A stretch of DNA of 64,000 nt. Origin: Craspedostauros australis. Taxonomy: Eukaryota. Numbering within the stretch: the first letter of the stretch is position 1; each line of letters begins with the position of its first letter. Shown here piece after piece: positions 46,743-58,146 of the stretch. A model generated the notes under the pieces. The model did not search any database. It was given only the letters and a program-made list of their open reading frames with translations, and was not told the origin of the DNA. Made by a program: the position numbers and the translations under genes. Where the stretch lies: the NCBI GenBank assembly GCA_030167865.1, contig JALAGF010003803.1, positions 1 to 64,000 of the forward strand, given 5' to 3'.

Positions 46743-49148
46743 ATGAAGAGACCATCAGCATCCACCACGGCTCTGATTTGGAGAAGGATCCTGGGCCAAC
46801 GCGCGCTTCAAACAAATGCGCCATCTGGTGGTCAGGTGTGTTCGCTTTGGCCATCCTCATGGCCTGCATACATGCACCACGATGGTGCTGACGCAACCGC
46901 CCATCCAAACCATTCGCGGACATGCTCCCGACCTCGGACATGCGTGCGATCGTCGTCGAGGAGTTTGCATCACGCCTTCCAACCACATGCGAGGTCGTTG
47001 GTTGAGCCGAAGCGACGCGCCTCATCTCTTGCAGCTTCGCCTGCCGACGGCGATACCTCAGAAGCTGCGTTACCGCATCTGTTGGATAGCCGCAACAGAA
47101 TTGGCAATGGCAACAAAAGCGGCGTTGGTGACGACCAGCAAACCCACAGCCACGCTGTTCCGCAACACCTGTTGCAGAGCACGCTGCACCACAAAGAACT
47201 TTGGTTGAAAGATGCCTTGGACAGCAATCCAGAGATTGTGACGGTCTCTGCGTTGCATCATGTTCTAGAAGCATTGAGAGACGCAGCGAATACGACCCCA
47301 GACACAGCTGTGCCATATCGAGCAGAAACATGGTTGTCCAGATCAATAGCGGTGGGGATGCTGCCCACATCACACTGCTACCAACTTGTCATCGAAGCAT
47401 GGTGCTGCTGCAGTAACGCATCTGCAGCGACAGTCATCGATCGGGCGGAGCATTGGTTGACAGAGTGCACACGCAATGCAGTTGCAGCATCGGAGCGTCG
47501 TCATGATGTCAATGATGCTAGCTGTATTACAGAACGCAACAGCAATAGCAACAACATCAATGGCGACTGCAACAATATCAACGGCAGCAGCGACAGCAGC
47601 AACAACAGTTTCGACTCCACAATCAACCCCACCATCGCTTTGTACAATGCGTATCTGGATGCCTGCACGAGAAGACGGAACGCCGGAGGTGGTCAGGACC
47701 GTCAGAAACGTATGCTACAGTACGCACAAAAGGCAGATGCCGTGCTGATGCAGCTCATCACAGCGCATCGCGAAGGCAACGATGTCAACGCGGCCGTCCC
47801 AACGACCCAGACCTTCAATTTCGTTATTCGAGGCTGGGCGCGTTGCAAGCGTGACCGTAGCAGTGCGGAACGCGTACAGAAGCTCGTTGCCCTCATGGAG
47901 GCGTTGCACAATCAAGATCGGGCCAATTCGCCTGCTGGTCCCAACACCAAGACGTACGCCATGGCAATGGATGCCCTCGTCAACGTTGCCAAGCAGAAGG
48001 CCCAGCAGTCGCACGAAGCCAACAGTGGCTTCATCAACGATTCTTCCATCAACGGGATCGATGAGATGCGCCAGGCGCGTGCCATTCTCGACCGATTGCA
48101 CGAATCGCAACAGGATGGCAACACGGAGGCGGCGCCCAATACTGTCACCTACAACATCCTGCTGACCGGTTGGTCGGCCCTGTCATTTTCGCAGCACAAA
48201 GATGCACCCCTGGAAGCAGAGAAGCTCTTGCAAACCATGGTTGACATGAAGAGAGCGGTTGACACATGCAATATCGCACCGAACCGGATATCCTACGAGA
48301 AGGTCATTTCAGCCTGGATCAATGCCGCGTCCGAAGACTCCGGCGAACGCGCCACATATTGGCTCAAGGAGCTATGGGAATTATCCGAACTGGAATCAGA
48401 TCGCACCTACCTGCCATCCAATCGCACGTACAACACGATACTCAAAACACTCCTGCTGCTGGATGGTCCGGAAGCCGCGGAAGATCTCCTGTTCCTCATA
48501 TACGAACGCTTCTACCACGAGAAGGACCCATCCCTCTGCCCCAACTCCGAATCCTTCTCCCTCGTCATCCAGGCTTGGGTCGATCGTGCCGAACGCCACA
48601 GCGACCTGGAGGTCCGTCTCGCAGCCCTCGAACGGGCGTCAGAATGGCTCAAGTCGGTGCAACAGATCGAAGGAGAACGCAATGTCTCGACGACATCCAG
48701 ATCGTACCTCAGCATCCTGCAAGCCGCGAGCCGAGCAACGACGCGCAGTGAGAATGATCTGCGGGCCAACGTCATCGCGCTGGAGACGTTGCAGGACTTC
48801 AAACGCACCCGGTTCGACTTGGACCCCCAGGCCTACGTACTGGCGCTGAAGGTGACGATGCAGGCCTTGGGCAGGGCCCCTCGCGGTCAGAAGGATGTGT
48901 GGTTGGCGTCGCTGATGGATCTGTTGCACGATTGCTGCAACGAAGGGTTGATGTGTGCTGCCGCGGTGCGAACGTTCGCCAATGTGCACTGGAGCAAGGA
49001 CGGTGCCTGGACACGCGCCGAACGTGACCAGGTGGTCAAGCGCTTCTTTTCCGAGTGGCCCTTGCCATCCTCGTGGACGCGCAAGTTAAAATTCACGCAG
49101 TTTCTTCCTCGCAAGGAAGATCTGCAGCGGAACTGGGGAAAGAAATAA
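46743..49148 (+). CDS. Pentatricopeptide-repeat protein, probably mitochondrial
   Basis: Repeated PTTQTFNFVIRGW, PNTKTYAMAMDAL, PNTVTYNILLTGW, PNRISYEKVISAW, PNSESFSLVIQAW; start uncertain (ORF opens at 46413). Confidence 0.88.
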   Translation: MKRPSASTTALIWRRILGQRALQTNAPSGGQVCSLWPSSWPAYMHHDGADATAHPNHSRTCSRPRTCVRSSSRSLHHAFQPHARSLVEPKRRASSLAASPADGDTSEAALPHLLDSRNRIGNGNKSGVGDDQQTHSHAVPQHLLQSTLHHKELWLKDALDSNPEIVTVSALHHVLEALRDAANTTPDTAVPYRAETWLSRSIAVGMLPTSHCYQLVIEAWCCCSNASAATVIDRAEHWLTECTRNAVAASERRHDVNDASCITERNSNSNNINGDCNNINGSSDSSNNSFDSTINPTIALYNAYLDACTRRRNAGGGQDRQKRMLQYAQKADAVLMQLITAHREGNDVNAAVPTTQTFNFVIRGWARCKRDRSSAERVQKLVALMEALHNQDRANSPAGPNTKTYAMAMDALVNVAKQKAQQSHEANSGFINDSSINGIDEMRQARAILDRLHESQQDGNTEAAPNTVTYNILLTGWSALSFSQHKDAPLEAEKLLQTMVDMKRAVDTCNIAPNRISYEKVISAWINAASEDSGERATYWLKELWELSELESDRTYLPSNRTYNTILKTLLLLDGPEAAEDLLFLIYERFYHEKDPSLCPNSESFSLVIQAWVDRAERHSDLEVRLAALERASEWLKSVQQIEGERNVSTTSRSYLSILQAASRATTRSENDLRANVIALETLQDFKRTRFDLDPQAYVLALKVTMQALGRAPRGQKDVWLASLMDLLHDCCNEGLMCAAAVRTFANVHWSKDGAWTRAERDQVVKRFFSEWPLPSSWTRKLKFTQFLPRKEDLQRNWGKK

Positions 49149-49391
49149 GCTGCAACGTGGCGCATGCATTTGCTCTGAAGTTGAGTTGGACATACTTAGT
49201 CAAAAATACGCTTCAATTCACCACTACGTACGTAGAGAGGCGCAGTCGCTTGAGTATCGTAAGCTTTCAATGTTTACCAAGACTACCGATACACTGTTCT
49301 CCTACAGTAAATTGCTCTCTATTCTACAAGTACCTATCCCAGAGAGCAGAGTAGGTAGTATTGGTTGAATGATCCACAAAGGTATTTGCAC

Positions 49392-49451
49392 ATTGTGCTT
49401 GTCGGATGGACCTTGACAGTAGGCCAAGAATGTCTATCGTCATTCGACAAT
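49392..49451 (-). promoter_or_regulatory. Candidate non-canonical SECIS element for the MSP-like gene
   Basis: Minus strand AUUGU-CGA-AUGAC-GAUAGAC-AUU-CUUGGC-CUACU-GUCAAG-GUCCAUC-CGAC-AAGC-ACAAU: helix I, GA/GA core and helix II; folded by eye; no apical AA. Confidence 0.4.
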
Positions 49452-49591
49452 CGAGCAAAATGAAACGTGGATCTGATTCTCGAATCTCACGTTGCTTTCC
49501 TTTGGTGACCTTCAGATTTGTGCTCCATGCGCACATGCGTGCATACATGGTGCGGTGTTGTGTCGAAGGAACAGCGCTTCACCGCTCTATT

Positions 49592-50657
49592 CTACTTCGA
49601 TCGTTGATCGTATGCGTACAGAGCTGGAGTGATGAAGGGGGACGGAAACAGCGACCGAGAGATATCGGCGTGCGAAGTATGGGTTGAGCGGTGGAAGAAA
49701 CGGGGCAGACAGACATCATGTTAGGTAGCCGAATGAATGGAATCTGAATGAATGGAATGAACGAACCGATCATCGTACAACTGTGGTACAATCGCGCCGC
49801 CACATTCATTTGTTTGCTCAATACCAACACTCACCATACAGCACCGCCCCAACGTATGCCATCGACGACGCCGTCGCATGCGGCAACGCTGCAAACGCGG
49901 CCGACGCCACGCCGCTGCGCAACGCAGAACCAGCATTCATGACGTTGACCCTGTCCAAAATCGCGCGGGCGACATCTGGATCCTCGATGCGGGTCATACC
50001 CGTACCATCGACGTCCCAAACGCCAGCCTGCGCGATATTTCACAGACCCGTGCGCGACGAATCCCTGTATCCGGCCGCAAAGAAGAGCGGCAGCACGACG
50101 AGGAATCGCGTGGCGAAGTCCGTATCTGTGATGGCCGTTACGAAGGCGTAGGCAGCTGCGACGTAGGTCGCTTTTGTGCCGGCCTCGGAGCGTCGCTGGC
50201 GTTCTTCCGGGCCGATATTCTGCAAGTTCCGTGCGGCTTCTTGACGCAGGCGGGCAGTTTCTTCGGGCGATACTGCCTTGGATGGATCGCCGTCCTCCAT
50301 GAGGAAGCCGTATTTGACGGTCTTGCCTTCTTGGAGACCCATCATATCCAAGTACGGAAGCAACCAAGACATGAGTCCAGTATTCTTGAATGGCTCCTTT
50401 GGTTGTTCTGACCCAGACGATACAGCTTTCGTCAGTAATGGCGTTGACGTCGGCGTTGACGCCGTTTGTGTCTCTTCATCAGCTGTTGGAGTGGATCCGA
50501 GGCGGAACGACGCCGATGTCGACGTCAATATCGATGAAGCCTGGGAAGAACCCGTCGATACCATCCGTTGTGGTACCATCGGTGTGAATGCACCTGCTTG
50601 TTGAGATGCACACACGATGGCGACCATCGCCCCGACGGCAGCTGATCGGACCTTCAT
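49592..50657 (-). CDS. Plastid-targeted membrane selenoprotein (MSP-like); in-frame TGA at 50042-50040; exons 50657-49835, 49623-49592
   Basis: Frame continues past the TGA: SRTGL-U-NIAQAGVWDVDGTGMTRIEDPDVARAILDRV... then a GTGAGT...CAG intron and ALYAYDQRSK*; upstream NIGPEERQRR plus two TM helices; presequence QQAGA-FTP. Confidence 0.82.
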
Positions 50658-51373
50658 GGTGATGCTGAGGTGTGGAGGCGGTGACACAATCTGGCAACTC
50701 GAAATAGCGCACTGGTCAATTTCAGTTTCTTCTCAAATAATGTGAGCTGGCCTCTTGCACAGCGTCGGTGTCCGTTTCGGCTCCTTGAGAAGCATTACTC
50801 TTCATCGCGATCTCGGTGAACGATGACGACGACGACGATGATGACGCTTTCACCGACAACACTTGTCTGGAACTGTCCACATCATCGAAGGAAAGAACGG
50901 TTGTGACCATTGCGTGGTTGGTGTTGCGTTGTTGTTCTGTTGTGTGGTGGTTGATCTCGATGCGTCAGAACATGAGACATTTCTGAAACGACCAATCGTG
51001 TGTGACTCAATCGACTTCATAGTCGTACAAGAAACGAATCCAGAACTGCAACTGAACCAAATTGCCGAACCAACAAACGAGGTTGTCGTCAACACCAAAC
51101 AACGAACACCAACATCAACGTCAACATCAACATCGATCGGGATTCGCAACTGCACAACCCGAACATCCAGGAGAGATCCAGAGAAGAAAGAAAGAGAAAG
51201 GAAGAGTCCTTGCGGATTGCCTTTGTTCCAATCCAACCCAATTCAAGTCAATTCAAGTCAATTCAATTCACTTCACTTCGGTTGATCCCATAGTTCCTCT
51301 ATTCCCCAAGCACAGCAAAGTCCCATCAAGCGCAAGAACAAACGCACTTCCAGTGCATCCAACAATCACCACA

Positions 51374-52252
51374 ATGAAGATCGCAACCCTTTCCTTGGCA
51401 CTGCTGTTCGCAAGCAACAGCATCGGCAAATCATCGGCATTCGCATCGTCGCGTCCAACATCCGTGGCATTTTCTAACGCCAGAACCCAGCTGCACTCGT
51501 ACCAGGATGATGCACCCTCCGATTACGATCAATCTGATCTGGTCTCCTCAACGCAGGATCTGGTCGTCGACGACGACGAGAACGACGTCATCATCCGCGA
51601 GGATCTCAAACGCGAACTGCTGCTGCTCGCGAGCATCACGAACCGCGGCGAGTACGCGTCGCGCGAGGAACGCGACATCGTCGTGGATCTGGTCACGCAG
51701 CTCGAGGCCCTCAATCCAACCGCCGAACCAGCCTCGAACGCCAACGGCGAATGGGATCTGTGCATCAGCTCGACGCAATTCTTCCGCAGCAGTCCCTTCT
51801 TCCAGGCCATCCGCGTGGCGGCCGGCGACAACAACAAGGCCTACGCCGAGAACTTCTTCGATCTGCACGACCGCGCCACGGCAGCGGGACGCGTGGGGCG
51901 CGTGCGTCAGATCATCACGCAGGACACCATGATCAGCGAGGTGGATCTCGAGGTCGGCGTGCTGCCGGGATTGCCGATCCGCTTCGACGGCACGGTCGTG
52001 ACGGATGCGGAGCTGTCCATCCGGTCGGCCGATTTGTGGGAGCTCAAGGTGCGCAACACGCAGGTCAAAGGTTCCAACATTCCCATCCTCAACCAGCTGA
52101 TGGACGATCTCAAGGTGGATCTGCCTGTCGGTGACTTTTACGATCAGATCGGCTCGTCGCCGGTGATTCCGATGAAGACATTCTATGTTGACGACAGTCT
52201 GCGTATCACGAGGGATATCGACGACAACTTCTACGTCTTCAGCAGAGCGTGA
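51374..52252 (+). CDS. Plastid lipid-associated protein/fibrillin
   Basis: Presequence SSA-FAS; LKRELLLL..TNRG..A..EER..V..LE.LNPT..P...GEWDL; TFYVDDSLRITRD...FYVFSR. Confidence 0.9.
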   Translation: MKIATLSLALLFASNSIGKSSAFASSRPTSVAFSNARTQLHSYQDDAPSDYDQSDLVSSTQDLVVDDDENDVIIREDLKRELLLLASITNRGEYASREERDIVVDLVTQLEALNPTAEPASNANGEWDLCISSTQFFRSSPFFQAIRVAAGDNNKAYAENFFDLHDRATAAGRVGRVRQIITQDTMISEVDLEVGVLPGLPIRFDGTVVTDAELSIRSADLWELKVRNTQVKGSNIPILNQLMDDLKVDLPVGDFYDQIGSSPVIPMKTFYVDDSLRITRDIDDNFYVFSRA

Positions 52253-52992
52253 GGTGGCACAGGCACACTGCTAATCAACTCGTATCAAGCCAAGTACTCG
52301 AAAGCCAAGTGAATCGTATTGACTTGGACTGCGCTGTGTTGTGTGGACCTGCATGATAGAAAATCTGAACCCAATACTATCGTGGTGGAGTGAATCAGTG
52401 AAGTGTCATAGAGTGAGGCAATATCCGTCGAATGATGCTCTGTATCGAGTTGGCGTCCAGAGAGCAGCTCCACTTGCTGCGAGCTACGTGTGCCAATGCT
52501 GTTGACCACGAGAGTAGAGCTGGGGAGGAAGTTGTCGACAGTCACGAGCCAGAATGAATGGCAGGATAGAAGTCTGACCGTCATGCCGAAATCAGACCAA
52601 AAAGCAGTTTCCGACCACTTCGATCACGAACAAGAATAACGACCGTGACGTGGCGAACATGAGTTCTTCCACCTTCTTCTGTCTTCCTTCGCATCCAAAA
52701 GCGAGATCGCCATGATGGCACGCGACAGAAACCAAAAAGAACACGACAACTTTCCGATCTTGTGTGCCAAGAACAAATCAGCGACAAAGAAGCGGGAGGA
52801 GGGCGCACACGATCCAAACAGAGGTATCTTGGGCAAAGACATCAAACACAAATTCGATGTCAACGACCCTCTTCGTGTTGCCCAAATTCAATCGTAGAGA
52901 AACAGAGCGTTCCATCAACAACACTTGAGAGAGTTCGCCATACTTGTAGTCGTACCATACAGAGTCGACATCACTCAGCATCACTCGACGGG

Positions 52993-54654
52993 ATGAGCGC
53001 CAATGCAGATGCAGATTCAACGCTTGCTCCATCGGCAGACGTGGAGCAGCCAAACACCTCCAACGGAGAAGCTGAGCCAGCAGCAACAACAACAACGGTG
53101 ACAGGAGCAGGAACATCTCCCGATGACGCCGTGAGTGATGATGATGAGGCGCGCAAGGGAACCATCTGGTCGGCACGGTTCAACATCCTTTCCACCATGG
53201 TGGGGGGAGGTTGCCTCTCCCTCCCTCTCGCCTTCCAGCAATCGGGAAATGCGTTGTTGGGACCCATCCTTCTCATCGTCATCACGCTCATCACCGATTT
53301 CTGCTTCCGCCTGCTCGTCGAGAGTTCGAAGGCTCACAGCGGCGTCGATCACAATCGTCGCGGAACGGATTCCTTCGAGTCACTCACCAGCGCGGCCTTC
53401 GGACCATCTGCCTTCCTTTTCTCGATGGCGCTCGTCACGTCCATGTGCTTCTTTGGTACCGTCGGATACTGCGTCTTGCTGCGCGACATGCTCAAGCCCA
53501 TCACGGATTCCGTGCATGTCTTCGAAGGCTGGGATTGGCTGCACAAGAACCTCTGCATGTTCGTGGTCGTCCTCGGCGTCACGCCGCTCTGCACTCTCAA
53601 GACATTCACTGCATTGCAGAGTTGCAACGCCACCAGCATGCTCTCCATCCTGATCCTGGGATCTTCCATCGTCTTTCGGTCCATCCAGTGCAACATCGCC
53701 TCCGCCACGGGTTCCTCGGATTCCGATCTGTTCGAACAGTTCGCCACCGCCACTGCCAATTCCGGCCCCTGGTACTCGCATTTGCGGCCGTTCCCAGATT
53801 CGGCGAAGGAGGTTCTGGATGCGCTGCCGCTCTTCATCTCCTGCTACGTCTGCCATTACAACATCCCCTCGGTGCACAACGAATTGCGCGAACCCTCACC
53901 GATCCGAGTTTCCTGGTGGCTGAGAAGCACGGCATGGACAGCCTTTGCACTCTACATGGTCTTGGGAGTTGCAGGATCCATGTACGGCAATTGCACGGAG
54001 ACGGGCAAAGTGCAAGGCAACGTGCTGTTGGACTTTGACGAAGACGACCCGCTTCTGCTGGTCGGGCGCATGTGCCTGGCGTTGACAATCACGCTGGCAT
54101 TCCCCATGCTCATCATTCCTGCGAGAGATATCGTCATACGATTCATGATGGACAGCAGCGACGATGCTGACGCCGATGGCAACGATCGCACACCGAATGT
54201 CACCAGTGGACCAGCCACGTCCGCATCACCTTCATTGTTGGAAGGCCAAGAGGCGTTGGAGGAGCCGCTGCTGCAGGCATTGGATCCACCATCTCATTCC
54301 CCTGCCGATTCTTCAAATGATGTCGCAATTTCAACGGACGATGATGCTCCAGTGGCAGCATCCGCTCCCATCACAACGCGCCTCGCCGTCGCAGTTGCGA
54401 TATTCTGGACCGCCGCCGCGTTCGCCAGCAGCGTGCAGAGCATCGACACGGTGTGGGATCTCCTTGGGAGCAGCCTTTCCATCCTGCTGTCGTACCTCCT
54501 TCCATGCGGAATCTACCTCCAGCTCACCAAGGATCAGGAGGGCGGGGATCATGCCAACTCCAGAATCCTGGCCTGGGTCATCATCGTCGTCTTCACCCCG
54601 CTCATGTTCATCTCGACTGGCAATGCTGTTTACAACACCGCCACGGGGCAGTGA
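52993..54654 (+). CDS. Amino acid transporter (Aa_trans/AAAP, SLC38-like)
   Basis: FNILSTMVGGGCLSLPLAF, YVCHYNIPSV, about 11 TM segments, EEPLL dileucine motif. Confidence 0.9.
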   Translation: MSANADADSTLAPSADVEQPNTSNGEAEPAATTTTVTGAGTSPDDAVSDDDEARKGTIWSARFNILSTMVGGGCLSLPLAFQQSGNALLGPILLIVITLITDFCFRLLVESSKAHSGVDHNRRGTDSFESLTSAAFGPSAFLFSMALVTSMCFFGTVGYCVLLRDMLKPITDSVHVFEGWDWLHKNLCMFVVVLGVTPLCTLKTFTALQSCNATSMLSILILGSSIVFRSIQCNIASATGSSDSDLFEQFATATANSGPWYSHLRPFPDSAKEVLDALPLFISCYVCHYNIPSVHNELREPSPIRVSWWLRSTAWTAFALYMVLGVAGSMYGNCTETGKVQGNVLLDFDEDDPLLLVGRMCLALTITLAFPMLIIPARDIVIRFMMDSSDDADADGNDRTPNVTSGPATSASPSLLEGQEALEEPLLQALDPPSHSPADSSNDVAISTDDDAPVAASAPITTRLAVAVAIFWTAAAFASSVQSIDTVWDLLGSSLSILLSYLLPCGIYLQLTKDQEGGDHANSRILAWVIIVVFTPLMFISTGNAVYNTATGQ

Positions 54655-55237
54655 GGAGATGATGTGGCAGAATCCGCAAAAGTAGAGCTGAACGGCTCCA
54701 GCTAATTGCAGCGCTATGTGACTCCGCATAGCCAACGAATGGTAGTGTCCTACTCAACTTAACCCCATTCCTCGATACTCAAACACAGGCGCCTCCTTGG
54801 ATTATTCGGTGTTGCCATCCCAGTGTATACCCATGATCATGCGAGCCAGAGCTCTTCTGTGCATGGTATTGACGGGGGCATGATGGCCTCTCTGTTCACT
54901 CCTCAAGTATACTGTACTCCATCATTCCGTACTCCTTCGTATCACCTGGCGCCTGACGATTCCACTTGTTGTGGGTGGCAAAATGTTCGCCGTCTGTCGT
55001 GTCACCCAGTCATGCGTGTTGAGGCGAAGCAGAACATCTGTTCTTCTGTTCTTTGGGCGCGTTCCTTTCTCCAACCAACCATCTGCGGAGAGAGACACTG
55101 CAACCGAAAACGCAAACGTCGATGATGGCCATTCGCATTCCTCCACCCACCCTCTCTTCTTCTTGGCCATCACAAACAGAAACAAAGCACAAAGCAGCAC
55201 AATAGCGACGCAACGCAAAGCAGGCTACCCACCCATC

Positions 55238-56883
55238 ATGATCCTCCGTTGCACGACCCTTGGTTTGGCAAGCCTCGCCTTTGGCGCCATCCACTCGGAG
55301 GCCTTCCTGCATCACCATCCACCAGCATCCGCTTGGGCGCCAACGAGAGCGGAGGTCGGTTCGGCACAATCCGCCAATTTTCGCCGGGATTTGGCGCCAT
55401 TGTCGCGCAACGCCCTAACAACAACGCAGCTGCGCTCCTCCACCTTCCCCTCGTCCTCCGGCACCGTCAAGCTCCCCAACGCCACGAAGAAGAAGAAGCT
55501 CAAGGCCTTCGTGCGGTACCTCGAGATCGAGTGCTGGAAACGCGCCGAACTGCGAGAACTGGAGCCCGTCCTGCAGGCCGTGGCCGATGCCTGCAAGCAA
55601 ATCAGCCGCATCGTTCAGCGCGCGCAGACAGATGATCTGTACGGTGTGGCAGTCGACAAGACGACGGGTCAGCCGCTGGAGGACAACGTTCAGGGCGAAG
55701 TGCAGCAGCAGCTCGATGTGCTGTGCAACACCATCATGCTGCGGGCCTTTTGCGGCAGCAGCAAGTCCATCCATGCGGTGGCGTCGGAAGAGGAGGATAC
55801 GTGCCGGTGTTGTTCGACGATCATGGTCAGTGGTGCGCTGAGTCGTACTGCATGGAACAGTGTAGATTGCTGTGTTGTGAGCGTTGGCTGTTTGAGGCTG
55901 ATGGCAGGTGACATGGGACCTGCCGTGCCATCGGCGTGAGCAACGAAACTACTGTGATGATTCATTCTTGCCACCCTACTTTGCAATACGTACGCAGACG
56001 CTTACCACATATGCAACACATTGTGCTTGGCTCCACTCCACTCTGCTCTATGGAAATCGCTTTGCTTTTGTCCACCTTCATCGCAACTCATTGAACACAG
56101 GGAGATACGGCATTCGCAGTGGGAGACTACATCGCTGCGTTTGATCCCATTGACGGATCCAAGAACATCGACGCTTCGCTACCCGTAGGTTGCATCTTTG
56201 GAATTTACAAGAAGCCACCCGGCGAGATTGACGAATCCACCTTCCTGCAGGACGGCAGCCGCCTCGTGGCTGCTGGCTATTGTTTATTTTCTGCCACCAC
56301 GGTGCTGGTCTTGTCCTTGGGCTCAGGCGTAGATGGGTTCACGCTGGATCCCGATCAGGGCAAGTTCCTTCACACGCTAAGAGACATGCGCATTCCCTCA
56401 TCCGGAGCCATCTACAGCGTCAACGAGGCAAACTACCGAGAGTTCGACAAACCCGTCCAGGCCTACCTCAACTCGGTCAAGGAGCACAAGTCAGCATCCC
56501 ACCTGAAACCGCAAGCGCGGTACGTCGGTGCCTTGGTGGCGGACGTCCACAACGTGCTGATCAACGGAGGAATCTACGCCTACCCCGCTACGCTATCAAA
56601 TCCAACCGGCAAGCTCCGGCTCCTGTACGAGTGCGCTCCGATGGCATTCATCGTTGAACAAGCCGGAGGAGCGGCATCCACAGGTTCGGGACGTATCATG
56701 GATGTAATGCCCACTGAGATCCATCATCGTGTGCCCTTGTTCCTCGGCAGCACGGACAACGTATTTGGGTTGGATCAGTTCTACAAGTATCACGGTGATG
56801 ATGATGACGATGATGATGACGATGACATTGATGAGGATGAAGCACAGAGGCAACAGTTGCCTTCGGATAATTTGCATCCTTGA
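55238..56883 (+). CDS. FBP: Plastid-targeted fructose-1,6-bisphosphatase class I; exons 55238-55825, 56101-56883
   Basis: NVQGEVQQQLDV, ASEEE, FDPIDGSKNID, RYVGALVAD, GKLRLLYE; presequence HSEA-FL. Confidence 0.93.
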
Positions 56884-58146
56884 TTCAACAGGAACTAGCA
56901 ACACAAGAGTATCGAACCACGGCATCGCTCCTCTCCTCCCACCTCAATGCCATCGTCTCACTCGATCCATGGATCACACACGAGCACTCTCTCGAGTGCG
57001 TCCTAACCCTATTCGAAGCAAGAACAGAAGTAGCGAGAATAATTCTCATGCTCAACCAACGAATGAGAGTGATGTCCTGACAATGTTTCAGACTGGTGCG
57101 AAATGCAGCATTCAACGGCCGACATGCGAAACATGGAGACGGGCGGGTAATTGATTGATTAAGGGAGGACAATTGTTACTCTGCACCATTCATAGGCATT
57201 GCACCAGATGACCCCATCTTCAAATGATGCAACGCTCGCTGATGCGCCAAACGACCGTCGACCGGATGAAACCGACGTTGGCGATTGCGACTGTGGCTGT
57301 TACCATCGTTCCTTTGTTACCATACGTTTGGTGACACAGTTGGTGGGTCTTCATCGGCGGTTGGCATTCGTTTGTTGGTGCGCCTGGTGGCGCATGCGTC
57401 GTTGTTGCTTTTGACGACACAACGATGTCTGTTCGTTGGCTTTTCGGTTTTGTTGTTTGTCTGTTGCGGTGGTTCCTCCGAAGCGTTTGCGGTGATTGCG
57501 TTTCAAACGGATGATAAACGGTTATAACGTCTCAAACCATGAATGCGTTAAGTGCACAATGTGCTTTGTCGGTAAAGCGACGAAACCGTTTTGTGTGCCG
57601 TTTGCATCCCACTCACATTTTCTTTGATCCTGGTTGATCGTTGGCAAGAGACGACAACAAGAGGAACAACAAAAGCGCACACCCATCGCCATCGCCATCA
57701 CCATCACCGCTGGCATCACCATCCGTCTCAACAACCGATTCTCGCGTCGGCGATTGACCCATGATTCAACCGAAAACCGAGAATTGCCATCATCATCGCT
57801 ATCGCCATCAACAAAGAGAGGAGGGTACGCGGACGAGCAGACAGGCACAATCGGCCTCCTGGCCTCGGCTCCACCAGCTTCCCGTCTGCCTCGATTCTGT
57901 CGGAAGAACAACTTCATGCCTCCCTCAATCGCTCACATCGACGACATCGGGGCTCATCCTCGGGGCACCAAGTCGAACTTGTGAGTGATCATACAGATGC
58001 CAAACAGATACACTTGGCTTTCTCACAAAGGGGGAACAAACCATATCACGACAAGCAACCAATACACCACATCACGTCACATCATATCACATTCCAATAC
58101 ACACTACTGTTGACATGCAACAGAGTCTCACACACAAGGAACAACC

